A stretch of 64,000 nucleotides of DNA from Eledone cirrhosa (taxonomy: Eukaryota), in assembly GCA_964016885.1 (NCBI GenBank), contig OZ024760.1, positions 12,028,001 through 12,092,000 of the forward strand, read 5' to 3'. The position numbers were made by a program, and so were the translations under genes. Of the stretch, positions 44,469 to 58,818 are shown in pieces. Positions within the stretch are counted from its first letter, which is position 1, and every line of letters begins with the position of its first letter. Below the pieces are notes generated by a model that had not been told where the DNA came from, ran no database searches, and saw nothing but the letters and a program-made list of their open reading frames with translations.

Positions 44469-47266
44469 GTACCCCAATATTATGTAAGTTTTATCTCGTA
44501 TATATGTATATATATATATATATATCGTATATATGTATATATATATATCTCGTATATATGTATCTATATTTATTTCAATATATATTTGTTATTATCTCCG
44601 TATATATAACTTACATAACAAGATCCAGTTTATTTTACATAAGATCTTTAAATTCTGTTAGTTTCTTTTAAATAAATACCACAAATAACATTACAAGTTG
44701 CTCGCAATTCTTTCAGAATGAAAATATAAACACGTTTGCTGTTGTTTATTTTTCAAGAAATTGTATTTAATCCTTAGTTTGGGACATTTCGTAAATATTC
44801 TTGTTTATTCACAGTTGTATATAAAAAAATATAATTATATAATGCTTACAGAACGAAAAGACAAACATATATAATATATAAACTTTAGCTATTTTCACCG
44901 ACAGTTCAGTGATCTAAGGTATGTTGCTATGTTTCTATTTGACAATATCTGTAATAATTCCATCGAATTCACAGACCAACACACACACACACACACACGA
45001 GTCAACGAGGAATAGTCTAGGAGAACCGGTTGACATGTTAGAAATAGCAGCTAAATTTCCTCCAAATCATACTACACCCGTTTATAGTAAATGTTTCTAC
45101 TTTAGGCACAAGGCCAGCAATTTGGGGGACAAAGGGAAAGTCGATTAAATCGACCTCAGTGCATTGCTGGTACTTTATTTTATCGACCCCCAATAATGAT
45201 GAAAGGCTAAGCTAATCTCGGTGGGATTTGAACTCAGAACGTAAACAGACTTAACTCTATGCCGCGAAGCATGTTGTCCGGCGCTTTACTGATTACCGAC
45301 AATCGATGTATAATAGTTAATCCTATATACTCCTAAACATTCAGGCATGTTCACGATTTATTATAACAAGCAACGATACATTAGCCCCTGGCCCAAACAG
45401 CTCTGGTTCTATGAAATACAACCACCCATTTTAAAGGTTTCCAATTTAAATTAAAATCTTTCAACATAATTTTATATAATAACTTTATATCAAGCTACTG
45501 TCTTAGTAATGAAATAATTAATGATTCTTCATTAACTGATTAAAATAGAGTGTATTTCATTAGAAATATGGTTATGAAAGGGTTAAATAATATAGTTAGT
45601 CCTATATACTCCTAAACATAGATGTATGTTCAGGTTTATAATAATAAACGACACATAAGATAATGTATTTAGTCCTATATAGTCCTGAACATAGAGGCAT
45701 GCTCAGGGTTTATTATAACAAGCAGCGACACATAAGTTAATGTATTTAGTCCTATATAGTCCTAAACATACAAGCTTGTTCATATTCACAGTTTGAATGT
45801 TTTTGATTGCTGCGTGTTTGCTCAATCAGGGTTGTCCCGGGACTTAACAGGTCCACACGCTGTTAATCTTCTACAAGATATTTAAACAGTTTCTCATATA
45901 AGGTGGGCCTATCTACTTTCTATATGAGAATCTTTTCTATAGATTATTAAGGCTGTCCTCGTAGCGGCTCTTGTTAAGGAATTGAAAGTAGTTTGCAGTT
46001 TTTTTTTAATATAAATGCCATCATATATGAAAGGTAAGCTTCGTGCGTGGCACGTCGGTTTTTTTAATTATTTATTTTCAAGTGCTGGGTCAAACAATTT
46101 CTCTTCTCTCACATCGTTAACACTTTCATTACCATATTTCTAATAAAACACCACACTTTGTTTTATTAATAGGTTTTCTAAATCTTCAAATTATTTATTT
46201 ATAAAAAAAAATATTTGTATATAAAAAGTGTGAGAAGACACGCACCCTCAGTCACATACTATAAACACGTTTATGATTTTTAAGATAATCTGGGGGAAAC
46301 AATCATCAAATATTTGTAAAGATTTATTAAGTTTCTCGTTATTATTTACTAAGTTTCTCATTATTGAGCTGGTGTTTGGGGCATAACACAACAACGGTTT
46401 TTAGATAAAATTATGATGGCAGGTTTTTAAGATAAATACAAACTCTTTAAAATAAACAGTTTTCCTATCGCAGAAAACAGGGGTGGTTTGGTATCCAAAA
46501 GGGTTCAAATTGTTGGGTTAGGTAGGAGCAAGGCAAGTCTATATATCTTTGCCCTTAAAATAATATTCCTTGGTTGGGTGGTAACTATTTGGTGTCAGAA
46601 TATATAAGTAAATGTTATTTTGTTGTGTCGACCCACCACTACATGTGAGATATGTTGAAGTATTCACTTGTAAAGTGTTTGAAAAGAATTATTTTGTTGT
46701 ACAACTAAATTTGGTGATAAGTGTAAGTCAACCAGGGTGGTCCGAGTACTTCGACTACAACAACATCAAACAGTCTTATCTTGTAACTTAATATCTAATT
46801 GTAAAAGATAGTAGACTAAGTGAGGTAATTATAGAAATATGTTATTATTTTGTAGTAAATCATATATATAATTAAATATTCCATATTATAATGGTGTAAT
46901 TTAGTTAGTATGTCTAATTGCGGTTTTTTTTTTTTCGTTTCTTTTTTGTCTTCACAGATTTTTTTTTTTCTACATCTTTTTCTATTGTAAATCATAATTG
47001 TTTATTATTAATTAAATCTTTAATTAGGGCGGTCAATTGGCTGTAGAATCGATAGAGCGCCGGACAACATGCTTTGTGGCATATAGTTACGGCTCTTTAC
47101 GTTCCGAGTTCAAATCCCGCCGAGGTGAGCTTCTTTGCCTCTCATAAAATAAAGTACCAGTAATGTACTGAGGTTGATTTAATCTACTTTCCTCTCCCTC
47201 CAAAATTGCACACTCTTACACATAAATAAACATGCACGCACACATATATATAAATAAATAAATGCA

Positions 47267-47326
<60 letters not shown>

Positions 47327-47379
47327 CATGCACATATACACACACACACATATATATATATACACATGCACACAAATAT

Positions 47380-47410
<31 letters not shown>

Positions 47411-49992
47411 CATATACACACACACATATATATATATATATATACACATGCACACAAATATACACACATATATATATATACATATATACACACACACATA
47501 TATATATACATACACACACACACACATATATATATACATATACACACACATATATATATACACATGCACACAAATACACACATATATATATACATATACA
47601 CACACACACATATATATATATACATATACACACACATATATATATATATATATACATGAACACATATATATACATATACATACACACATTATATCATTCC
47701 TGATAATATCAACCCCCCCCTGTCCCCCCAACCCTCTATATACCCACCCCCACCCCAATACTATATAACCCTCAATTCAACCATGTGCTGGAGTGTATTT
47801 TCATTTCAGAAGTAAAATGATAGGGGATAGCTGGTAGCTTAGCAGGGGTGTCATATTTAGCACTTGGTCCCCCCCACTTGTTCTGGGGTGTGTGGAAAAC
47901 ATATTTGGGGAAAATGTGTATGTGTATATATGTGTCCCCGTTCCCCCTGTCTGTTTTTATGATTGTCTCTCTGCCTGTCCCATAGCTTACATATGTATAC
48001 TGAACTCTTTTACTGGTTTTAGTATTTAGATTGCGACCATGCTGGAGCACAACGTTGGTTTAGTTGATTATATTACCCCCCCCCCCTCCCGATACTTATT
48101 TTTTCATGGCTTAGGGGTTAGAACGTCGGGTTTACAATTGTGAGGTTGTGAGTTCGATTCTCTGACCTGGCTTTGCGTTGTGTCCTTGGGCAAGACACTT
48201 TATTTCCCCCCGTTGCTCCAGTTTACTCAGCTGTAGAAATGAGTTGCGACGTCACATGGTGCCAAGCTGTATCAGCCATTGCCTTCCCTTGGACATCTCT
48301 ATATATAGTGTGTGTATATGTAAGATTTCACAGCTCTAGCATCACTTCTTCATAGTCGGTGGACATCACCATATACAGTGTATAACTTTGATAGGTTTCG
48401 GCCAGTATCGGCCCAGGCCCTGTCTAACTTAATAGCACCACAATCTTATATGTAAGATTTCACAGCTCTAGCATCACTCTTTCATAGGCTGACCAAGATA
48501 TTCTCATGGAATGACCAAATGAGGTTTATTTTTCAGCAAAGTCCCTGGAAAGAAACAATACAGTTATTAATAAGAAGAATAGTTAAAATTAATGCATGCA
48601 AGATTTCACAGCTCTAGCATCACCCCTATGAACTTTTCAGCCGACTCTTGTGTATGTATGGAAGTGCCTGGGTCACAATAAAATGCTCCCAGTACACGCT
48701 GTAAAGGGGTTGGTATTAGGAAGGGCATCCAGTCATAGAAAACCCAGCCCCAAATGGAGCATACAAGCAAGATGTGATCAGCTGAGCAGTCTAGCTCTGG
48801 GGGTGACAGAGATGTCTAACCTATGTTACTATGGGAAATAGATGAGGAGGGTGCTTGTGTCACATTGAAAAACAATTCTTTCTTAGTCTCTTTTGGTCTG
48901 GTGGTTCCCTTTCATCATAGGACCCAACTATATTTAGGCAGGCATTGATGTTGTTTAGTCCCCCTTCCCTCACTGGTGACTACCATAAAATAGTTTAACT
49001 GAATTCTTCATCATCTCTATCCAAAATAGCCCCCCCCCCCGTCACACCACACAACATCACCATCATCACCACACCACACCACACGGCTATCACCACACCA
49101 CACCACCATCACCACACCCACCACAAACAACATTACTACACACCATATTTTTTTTTCCACCAGCAACACCACCACCACCATCCATCCCATCACTCCACAC
49201 CACCATCACTATCTCCCCCACCCCCTACTATTACCACCACCACATCACCATTCCCACCATCACCCATCAACACCACCATCCATTCCATTACCCCTCCCCC
49301 CATCAACTCCCCACACACATCACATCACCATTCCCACCATCACCCATCAACACCACCACCATCCATTCCATCATCACCCCCTAACACCACTGCTACTACC
49401 ACTATCACACCCCCTCCCCCACTTATGGTAAATAGTTCCAACCATGCCACCCACCGTTTATTTACCAGTTAATATTCTTGGGTTTATCTTTTAAGATTCT
49501 TTTAATGTCTTTCATTGTCCCCTAATCTTGTGTTTTTTTTTGTACTTATCAACACTGGAGCTACATGGTGCAGGGGGGGGGTGTCTGTATGTGAGGTGAT
49601 GTGTGAGTGGGGTGTGTGTGTGAGAGAGAGTGGGGCGTGTGTGTGTGAGAGAGTGGGGCGTATCTCTGTGTGGGGTGGATATGTGTTTGGGATGAGTGTG
49701 AGCATGGAATGTGTGTGTGTGTGGGTGAATGGAGGTGAAGGTATGTCAGTGGAAGTGGGTAGGTATGGGGGTGGGTAGAGGTCAATGTGTGTATGTGTTG
49801 GAAGTGAATGAATGTGTGTATGTGTTGGAAGTGTATGTGTGTCTTGTACCAGTTCCACCCTTTCCTCCCTCACCCCTCTCTGACTTTCATTCATAAATTC
49901 CTGTCTTATCTTCTCTACTGTTTCCCCTTTTGATCCCAAACCACCTGAAACTGCCCTGGGTCTAATGATAAAAACACTTTTTTGATTTAAAG

Positions 49993-50023
<31 letters not shown>

Positions 50024-50603
50024 AATGACTTCTACAGGACTAGAACTGTTTCATTCCAGAGAAATCATGAGGAAGCCCTGATGATTTCTCCTGAATTAAA
50101 CAGTTCTAGTCCTGTAGAAGCCATTTCTATATTAAGTATTTATACTCTGCTATGTATTGAGTACCTTACTTACTGTGGTTACCCTTTATTGAACCCGGGA
50201 TAAACTTATATATACATATATATATAAAACTCCCATCATCTAAAAGAGGAGCTCTGCGGTGGCTGATGTAGTGGGTGTCACCCAACATGTGTAGTATATC
50301 ACTACAGTGCCCCTGCAATTCTCACAAGGAGTTACAGGTCCTTATAGTCATACATAAGGAACATTTTTATCATCAATGTATTTCCTGAAATCCAAATCTC
50401 CAATTGCCTCTTGAGATATTCATTTAGGAGTGGAAGTTTGAATATTACTTAACTTTTAACATCCTGTAAGGGGTGAGCAAAAAAACCCAACTAAAATAAG
50501 GTTTTTAATTCAAATGTTTATAATATCTTTACTAGCTGATATATCACTGAAGAATTGCAGTAAACTGAACTAAAGAGCTGATTTTAATCTGATGTAGTGG
50601 AGA

Positions 50604-51090
50604 CTTCTGGTGTCCTTGGTCCTAGGACCACCTCCCTACTCACCACCATTGGCTTCTGGTGTCCTCGGTCCTAGGACCACCTCCCTACTCACCACCATTG
50701 ACTTCTGGTGTCCTTGGTCCTAGGACCACCTCCCTACTCACCACCATTGGCTTCTGGTGTCCTCGGTCCTAGGACCACCTCCCTACTCACCACCATTGGC
50801 TTCTGGTGTCCTCGGTCCTAGGACCACCTCCCTACTCACCACCATTGGCTTCTGGTGTCCTCGGTCCTAGGACCACCTCCCTACTCACCACCATTGGCTT
50901 CTGGTGTCCTCGGTCCTAGGACCACCTCCCTACTCACCACCATTGGCTTCTGGTGTCCTCGGTCCTAGGACCACCTCCCTACTCACCACCATTGGCTTCT
51001 GGTGTCCTCGGTCCTAGGACCACCTCCCTACTCACCACCATTGGCTTCTGGTGTCCTCGGTCCTAGGACCACCTCCCTACTCACCACCAT
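50604..51090. repeat. 49-bp minisatellite, ~10 copies
   Basis: Unit cttctggtgtcctcggtcctaggaccacctccctactcaccaccattgg. Confidence 0.92.
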
Positions 51091-51235
51091 CTGTCGCAAC
51101 TCCAGGTAGAAGGAGCAACATGAAATAAAGTGTCTTGCTCAAGGACATAACGCATCTCTCGGTCCAGGAATCAAACTCACAACCTCACAATTGCAAATCC
51201 AACAATTCCCTAACCACTCAACCACACGCCTTCAC

Positions 51236-51266
<31 letters not shown>

Positions 51267-51672
51267 GAGTCACTGGGCAATATATATTTTGTGTGGTACT
51301 CCGAGAGTGGCACCTGAGGGGCTGCCCTGGGTGGCACACACTCTAGCTACATCACTGACTACAACTAAAAATCTGATGCAATCTTAGTTTTGTTTTGAAC
51401 TTCTCAAAATCTTGTTTATGTAGTTTCATGTGGAACAGGATGTTAAGAGTTAAAAAGCAACTCCAAAACACATCATTGTGTTTAGGCTATAGCTCATTCT
51501 GATTCTACAACTTCAACTAACTTGAGCAATTTGAGGTCAACACTTGACCTAAAAATGACCTTCCTTGTAATATTGGATTCAAAGTTATTAACTCTTTCCA
51601 TACTAAACCTGATACAAAGCTGTTTGAAAGTGTTTATATTTATTTAAAAAGCTTCCATTATAATTTCATGTA

Positions 51673-52185
51673 AGGGCGGTGGATTGGCAGTATCGGTAGA
51701 GGGTCTGACGCCATGCTTTGATGCATAGAGTTACGGCCCTTGCCATTCTGAGTTCAAATCCCGCCGAGGTTAACTTTGCCTTTCATCCTTACGGGGTCGA
51801 TAAAATAAAGTACCAGTAATTTACTGGGTTGATTGAATTGATTTTATCCTCCCCCCAAATTGTTGGCCTTGTGCCTAAATCAGAAACCATGACTTTGTCT
51901 TTCATCCTTACGGGGTCGATAAAATAAAGTACCAGTAATGCACTGGGTAATTGCTGGCCTTGTGCCTAAAGTAGAAACAATTATTAACCCTTTAGGGCAG
52001 TGGATTGGCAGTACCGATAGAGCATCAGACACCATGCTTTGCCACAGAGTTATGGCCTTTTATGGTCTGAGTTCAACTCCTGCCGAGGTTAACTTTGCCT
52101 TTCATCCTTACGGGGTTGATAAAATAAAGTACCAGTAATGTGCTGGGATAATTGCTGGCCTTGTGCCCAAAGTAGAAACAATTAT
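51673..52185 (+). mobile_element. Tandem cluster of family A SINEs
   Basis: Two full copies plus one core-only copy, same motifs as 30165-30735. Confidence 0.85.
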
Positions 52186-54402
52186 TATACACCTTGGCTG
52201 TTTCTCCTCTAAGAATTCTCTCATTCCTTCATTGTCTTGTTTTACTGTGAAATTAATATTTACTGTTGGTGTTTGTTTTAGCAAATTTCTAGCTAAATAT
52301 ACCTTCACTTTGTTAAACACCCACTGAAACTGTCTAATTACACCACCGCGCTCTTTCTTCTCTTATGTTCGAGGCTTTGTCTTGTTACGCTTTCAACACT
52401 TCTATCATCACTATCATCATCATCATCATCACTATTATCATCATCATCATTATCATCTTGGTTTCTATCCAACAATAGTCTTGGGGGGTTTTTTTTGCTG
52501 TGTTCTTTATTTTTTGTATTCTTTATTTAGTTTTTTTAGTTTTTTTTTTTGGTATTTTTATTTTGTTGTTGTTTTGTTGTTTATTTTAATTATATTTATT
52601 TATTTTTTTTTTTTTTTTGTATTTTATTTTAATTTTATTTGATTTGTTTTCTTTTTATGTTTATTTTATTTTTGTTTTTGCTATAGTTTTTAACATACCA
52701 TGTCTGAATATTACAAAATAGTCTTTTAATTTAACAATCTTGTTTATTTATTATCTGCAATACTAATAACACTTTACCTATCTCTTCTCTCTCTCGATAG
52801 GTTAAACACTTGTAACTTATCCAACATTCGTTCCTCCCACACACTCTTTCAGATGTCCTACATCAGATGTCACACAAACACAAACTGATAGCGAACCACA
52901 TTATTTGCCAAGAATAGTTTAGTTTGTTAGTTTGTGGGTTTTTTGTTTCTTTTACTGTTACAAAGCATCTGTTTATGATGTTTCCTGGTTAAAATAAATC
53001 ATGTTTTTTGTGCTGTGAATGTTTTATGATTTCATGTACTGCTTTCAGGCAGTGTTTGAAAGTGGAGAAATCTAATGGAGAGAAGAGTCTCTCAGTTATA
53101 TTTAGTCTGTTAATTAATAAGTCTTTTATAAGAGACTCCCTGAGTTCATGCTAAGGTGGGGCTAATAATAATAATAATAATAATTTCATTTATCAGGGGC
53201 CAACATGTAGGGGACAATACAAAGGCAGGGACAGTGGAGGGTTTACAATAAGATTGAGTAAAAATGCACAATAACAAAACCAATTTAACAATGAAAAAAT
53301 ATAAAAATAACAAAATAAATTCCCCAATAGGTGTGAACCACCCAGGAGCGACTCAGGTACCCCGCTAATCCTGTGTAATAACAAAAATAATAATGATTTC
53401 ATTTCTTGGCCACTAGGGCCCACATATAGAGGACAATACAAAAAGACAGGGACAGTGGGGTTTACAATAAAATTGAGTAAAAAGAGACAAATTGACAAAA
53501 GCAATTAACAATAAAATTACAACAATAAAAATTCTCCAATGTGTGTGTGTGGGGGGGGGGGAAACCACTCAGGGGCAACTCAGGTACTCCATCAATCCTG
53601 AACCACCTGACACTTTGAGGGCACCCTTCCTCAAATCAACCAGCCTACAGGTGCATGCTCAGTCGGGCCATTCTCGCCACATTCACCCACCTTTTAGCAA
53701 ATATACTGGGGTGGGGTGGGGTGGGGGAGCAAATACATTCAACATACAAAAATATATAAAAAAAGGTTTTATTAAAATTACAATAAAAATTAGCCCCACC
53801 CCCTCCCTCCCCTCCCCTCACTCTTGTATAAATAAGAAAGCAATGTATCTGTTCGCAATATATTTTGTGTTAATATTGATTCATCTCTGATTTATATCAA
53901 TTGTTTTACCTGGTCCCCCCCTTTTTTTTTTCTTTTCCAGATGTTCCTGACAACCAGCTATCATGTGACTTCTAAAAGAGGCCGTTTCCTCAGCCCTTCT
54001 GTCTTTGGAACTAAACATTTGCTGTGGGAATATTATTTGGATCAGCTAAATTCCGTATCACTTGGAACATTATTTTTACCTTAAATTTCTGGAGTCAGAT
54101 TTATTTTATTTTAAATTCTTTAAACTTTCTAACCAATAAATTAAATTCAACCCAATGATGTCAACATCACAAAATTTAGACTTGTGAAAACTAAACCGCG
54201 ATAACGAGTCTATTAGATATTTATTTATTAATTAACACAGTCCCAGACCTCTTAAACAATGTTAACTTTTATGAAAAGTTTTTAAAAAAAAAACAAGCAT
54301 TGTTTAAAATATCAGAGCAAGAATTTATTTACTTTTTGTTACAAAAAAAAATTGAAAGAAAACATTCCAGTTTGTGATCATTAAGTGTGAATTAAGTTCA
54401 AG

Positions 54403-54613
54403 ATGATTCTGTCAGTTGTTATGTGTGCTATTATGACTGTAGTGGCCACAGGGTTTCAGGTAGCTGGCATGTGTATCCCTATGTGGTGGACTTATAATGC
54501 ACATAATCTACATTACTATTGTGGACTCTTCAAGATACCTTGGAAAACTGAAATGTGCCAAAAGGATCGGTGTATAGTAACTGCCACTGATGGTGAAATG
54601 ATAAACAAACAAG
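54403..54613 (+). CDS. Claudin/PMP22/EMP-superfamily membrane protein, first coding exon (later exons not found in the window)
   Basis: MILSVVMCAIMTVVATGFQVAGMCIPMWW...CGLF...C....C shows TM1 followed by the W...GL(W/F)...C...C extracellular-loop signature. Strong phase-1 donor AAG|gtaagg; acceptor ttcttttccag ending at 53940 suggests a 5' UTR from 53941. Confidence 0.78.
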
Positions 54614-57282
54614 GTAAGGATAGATTTTTTATTTTATCTTCTGCTTCTTTTTTCTTTTTCTTCTTTTTCTTCTTTTTCTTTCTTTCTTCTTCATCTTCTT
54701 CTTCTTCTGCTGTTAGATGGTCATATTGGTGCCATAAAAAGCACCCAGTTCACCCTGTAATGTGGTCATGTTGGTGTCATCATAAAAAAAGCCAGTCCAA
54801 CCTGCCATAATAAAAAGCACCCAGTCCATATTGTAAATGTGGCCTGAAGAAGAGCATCCAGCTCTAAAAACCAAGTCAGAAACAGTTCTGTATGAGCAAG
54901 ACATGGTCACCCAATCTGACTTGTCTCATAATGTGACAACACGGCTAACCCATGCTTGCATGGAAAATAGACATTAAACAATGATGATGATGATGATGAT
55001 GATGATGATGCGGTGTGTACCCTAGTTTTTAGAATAGGCATACAGCTTTAAAATGCTGACTCACAACATCCCATCCAACCCATGCCAGTATAGAAAAGTG
55101 GACATAAAAAAGATTTGAAGTGTAATGCCAGATTTTTTTACTTGCTACAATTTTAGGTAATAATTACTACTGCTGGTGACATGATAAAATGCACCCAGTA
55201 CACTCTGTAAAGAAGTAATGGGGGTGTCATGATAAAATATATTCAGTACCTGGTTTTGTGTCTGAAGCAACATGTCATAGCCAAAAGTTTATTTGTCAAA
55301 AGTAATTCTGTAAGTATGAAGCAGTCGTTAGCCACTTCTAATTAGTGACAGTCACGTCATGAGATATCTTAGCATTAATTAACATTAATTACATTAAATC
55401 ATTAGCATTAATAGGTTTAACCCTTTAGCATTTAAACTGGTTGTATCTGGCCAGAATTCTCTCACCTCTTTCTCTTCAAACCTGTCGCAACTTACCTTGG
55501 ATAATCAAATTAACCCTTTAACATTTACACTACTCTATGTTTACTACTAGTGGAGGCACATGGCCTAGTGGTAAGGGTGTTGGACTTACGATCATATTTT
55601 TGTGGGTTCGATTCCTGGGCTGCATGTTGGGTTCTTGAGCAAAGGACTTTATTTCTCGTTGCTCCAGTTTACTCAGCTGAAAATGAGTTCCAGCAACAGA
55701 ATGTAAAGTCCTTCCCTACTCTGTGAATATATTTCAATATTTTAGGTTGCTTTTTTCTCTCTGTGACTCCTTAAAAAGAATGTTTTTTAGTTGTATTTGT
55801 ATTAATATATACATGTTATTCTACTGGTTGTTTGGACTTTTCCTCACTGTCCCTTCTCTCCCACCTTACAGTCCTCCTCCTCTGCTGACACCCCCACGCC
55901 CTCCTCCCCACCTCCCCAATGCTTCTGACATCTAATAGAGCTGTAAATAAGTAAAACGAAATAAAATAATAATAATTGTTTCTACTTTTGGCACAAGGCC
56001 AGCAATTAAATAATAATTGTTTCCACTTTTGGCACAAGGCCAGCAATTACCCAGTGCATTACTGGTACTTTATTTTATCGACCCCGTAAGGATGAAAGGC
56101 AAAGTTAACCTCGGCGGGATTTGAACTCAGACTGTAAAGGGATGTAACTATGCTGGAAAGCATGGCGTCCGACCCTCTACCAATACTGCCAATCTACCGA
56201 ATAATAATATAACAAAGCAATAAAGTAATAGAGAAGACCCGCCTTACCTAAGTACAAAGAGAAACCTACTACAGTCAGTAGGCACCTCTAACAAAATACA
56301 CCCCCCGTCCCACTACCCCCACCCCATCCACACCACCCCCTTCTATGTAAAGTTATGTTGGTGTCACAACATCCAGTCCTAAACAAATGAGGTCGTGTAG
56401 GTGTCACGACAAAAAAAACACACAGTCCACGCTGTAATGTGGCCGTGTAGGCAACACAGTAAAAACCTCCCAGTTCCACACTGTAAATGTGGTTGGTGTT
56501 AGGAAGGGCATCCAACTGTAGAAAACCTGCCAGACAGTCCTATGCAAGCAAGACAATCACTCTTGCCTCAAGTGGGACTACCCCCGTCCAAACCCATGCT
56601 AGCGTGGAATGTGGACGTTAAACGATGATGATGATGAATGACAACAGTAACAACAACAACATCAACAATACCACCACCACCACCACCATTAACAACAACA
56701 TCAACAATACCACCACCACCACACCACCACCACCACCACAACAACAACAATACCACCACCACAACAACAACAACACCACCACCAGACCACCACACCACCA
56801 GACCACCACCACCACAACAACAACAACAACAGTGTAGTGAATATTTGTATATGTGGATTTATTTGCCAGTGGGAGCTGATGACACAGTTAAGGAGGTAAT
56901 TGTTGGTGGTGGGAAAACAGAGAATAACTGTGTGTGTGATACTAGTGTGTGTGTGTGTGTGTGTGTATGTATGTGTGTGTATGTATGTGTATATATATAT
57001 ATATATGTGTGTGTATGTATATATATATATACATGTGTGTGTGTGTATATATATATATATGTGTGTATATATATGTGTGTATGTATATATGTATGTGTGT
57101 GTATATATATATATATGTGTGTGTGTATGTATGTGTGTGTATATATATATATATGTGTGTGTGTGTGTATGTATATATATATATATGTATATATATATAT
57201 GTATATATGTGTGTGTGTATATATATATATGTGTGTATATATATCTGTATGTATATATATATATGTGTGTATATATATCTGT

Positions 57283-57316
<34 letters not shown>

Positions 57317-58134
57317 ATATATATATATGTATATGTATATGTGTATGTATGTATATAATATATATGTATGTGTGTATATATAGGTATGTGTATATATATA
57401 TATATGTATATGTATGTGTGTATGTATGTGTATGTATATATATGTGTGTATATGTGTATATATATATATATGTGTATATGTATGTGTGTGTATATGTGTA
57501 TATATATGTATGTATGTGTTGCTATAATATAATGTTGAAGTTGTTCACTCTTCTCTTATTTCACATGAATACAACTTTGTCTGTCATGTAAGCTGCTCCC
57601 CCCAGCTGACAGGCTAGGAACCTACCCCACACACCCACCCATCTGTATATGTCCCCACCCATCCACCCGTTTATGTCCCCACCCCAACCTATCTAACCCC
57701 CCCCCCCTCTGTATATATCCCTACCACCTACCCTACTCACACCTACTACCTACCCACATACCTACGTATCCCTGTCCACCTACCCACATACCTAACACTC
57801 ATATATCACCCCACCCACCCACTCACCTCCCTACCTATCTACCCATCCACATATCTGTCTACTTATCCACCCAGCCCCGTATATCTCCCTACCCAGCCAT
57901 CCACCCAACCCACCCGTCCACCCACCCACCCACCATTCACCAGTGATGATGTGGACTGTGGAGGTGGACTAATGGCTGCCAACAATTTGTTAAATAAAAA
58001 CAAAAATTAAGACAAACACCCTCCCATAATAAACCATTCCTTTGATTTACTGCCGTACCATTTTACTCTGAAGATCTTTTCCTACTTATTCAATACGTAA
58101 TAAATACATCACCTTTCTTTATTAGAGGTAGGTG

Positions 58135-58570
58135 TAAATGCCAAACTTGCTATCTTTAATTCTGTGGTATTCATGCCTACCGTTAGCTATGGTGATGAAT
58201 CTTGGGTAATGACCAAAAGAATACAATTGCAAATACAAGCGGCCAAAATGGGGTTTGGAGTAACTTTACTTACAGAGATCAGAGAGTCACTCTAGGTAGA
58301 GCTGCTACTTCCTCGAATTGAGACATCACAGCTCAGATACTATGGCCATATGGTTAGAATGTCTCAGGAAAGAATTACTGGACAGATTTTACAGGCAAAA
58401 CAAAGCCAGCAGGAGACCCAGAGGTAGACCTCAAGCAAGTTGGTTGGTCTCACTTGGGTATCCAGCAAGATCAGTTGGAGCCGGTTGCTTCTGACAGGAC
58501 CTTCTGGAAGGAGTCTTTGAGGACTCTGCCTCTACGACTCTCTCAGGAATAAATGGGCGAAGAAGAAGCC
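58135..58570 (+). mobile_element. RTE-clade LINE 3' fragment (second family)
   Basis: KLAIFNS..FMPTVSYGDESWVMTKRIQLQIQAAKMGF...QLRYYGHMVRMSQER...RRPRGRP, ending in (GAA)n. Further fragments at about 11600-11845, 15815-16025, 19285-19700, 25295-25465 (-) and 25840-26015. Confidence 0.78.
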
Positions 58571-58818
58571 CATTCTTTATTTCCTTCTTCCAATCATTTC
58601 TGCGTGTTCTTCCCTTGTCCTGCTCCTCTCTCAATCTCTTCTATATTTCATCTGCCTGTTGCCCCACCTAATGGATTGATTCTCTGCCGAGTGCTGGCCG
58701 CTGGTCTCTGTCTTCTGAACCACTTTTGTCCATCGCTGTCTTTGACGGCATTTGGCTGTTTTCTCATCTATTCTAGCATTGAGTTTTCTCATTTTTCTAT
58801 GAAAGTTAATAAAATTAA

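Noticed and set aside
55551-55625. tRNA gene-like sequences (also about 29624, 48105, 62010, 26400)
   Set aside because: A/B-box heads run directly into SINE bodies and do not close a cloverleaf acceptor stem.
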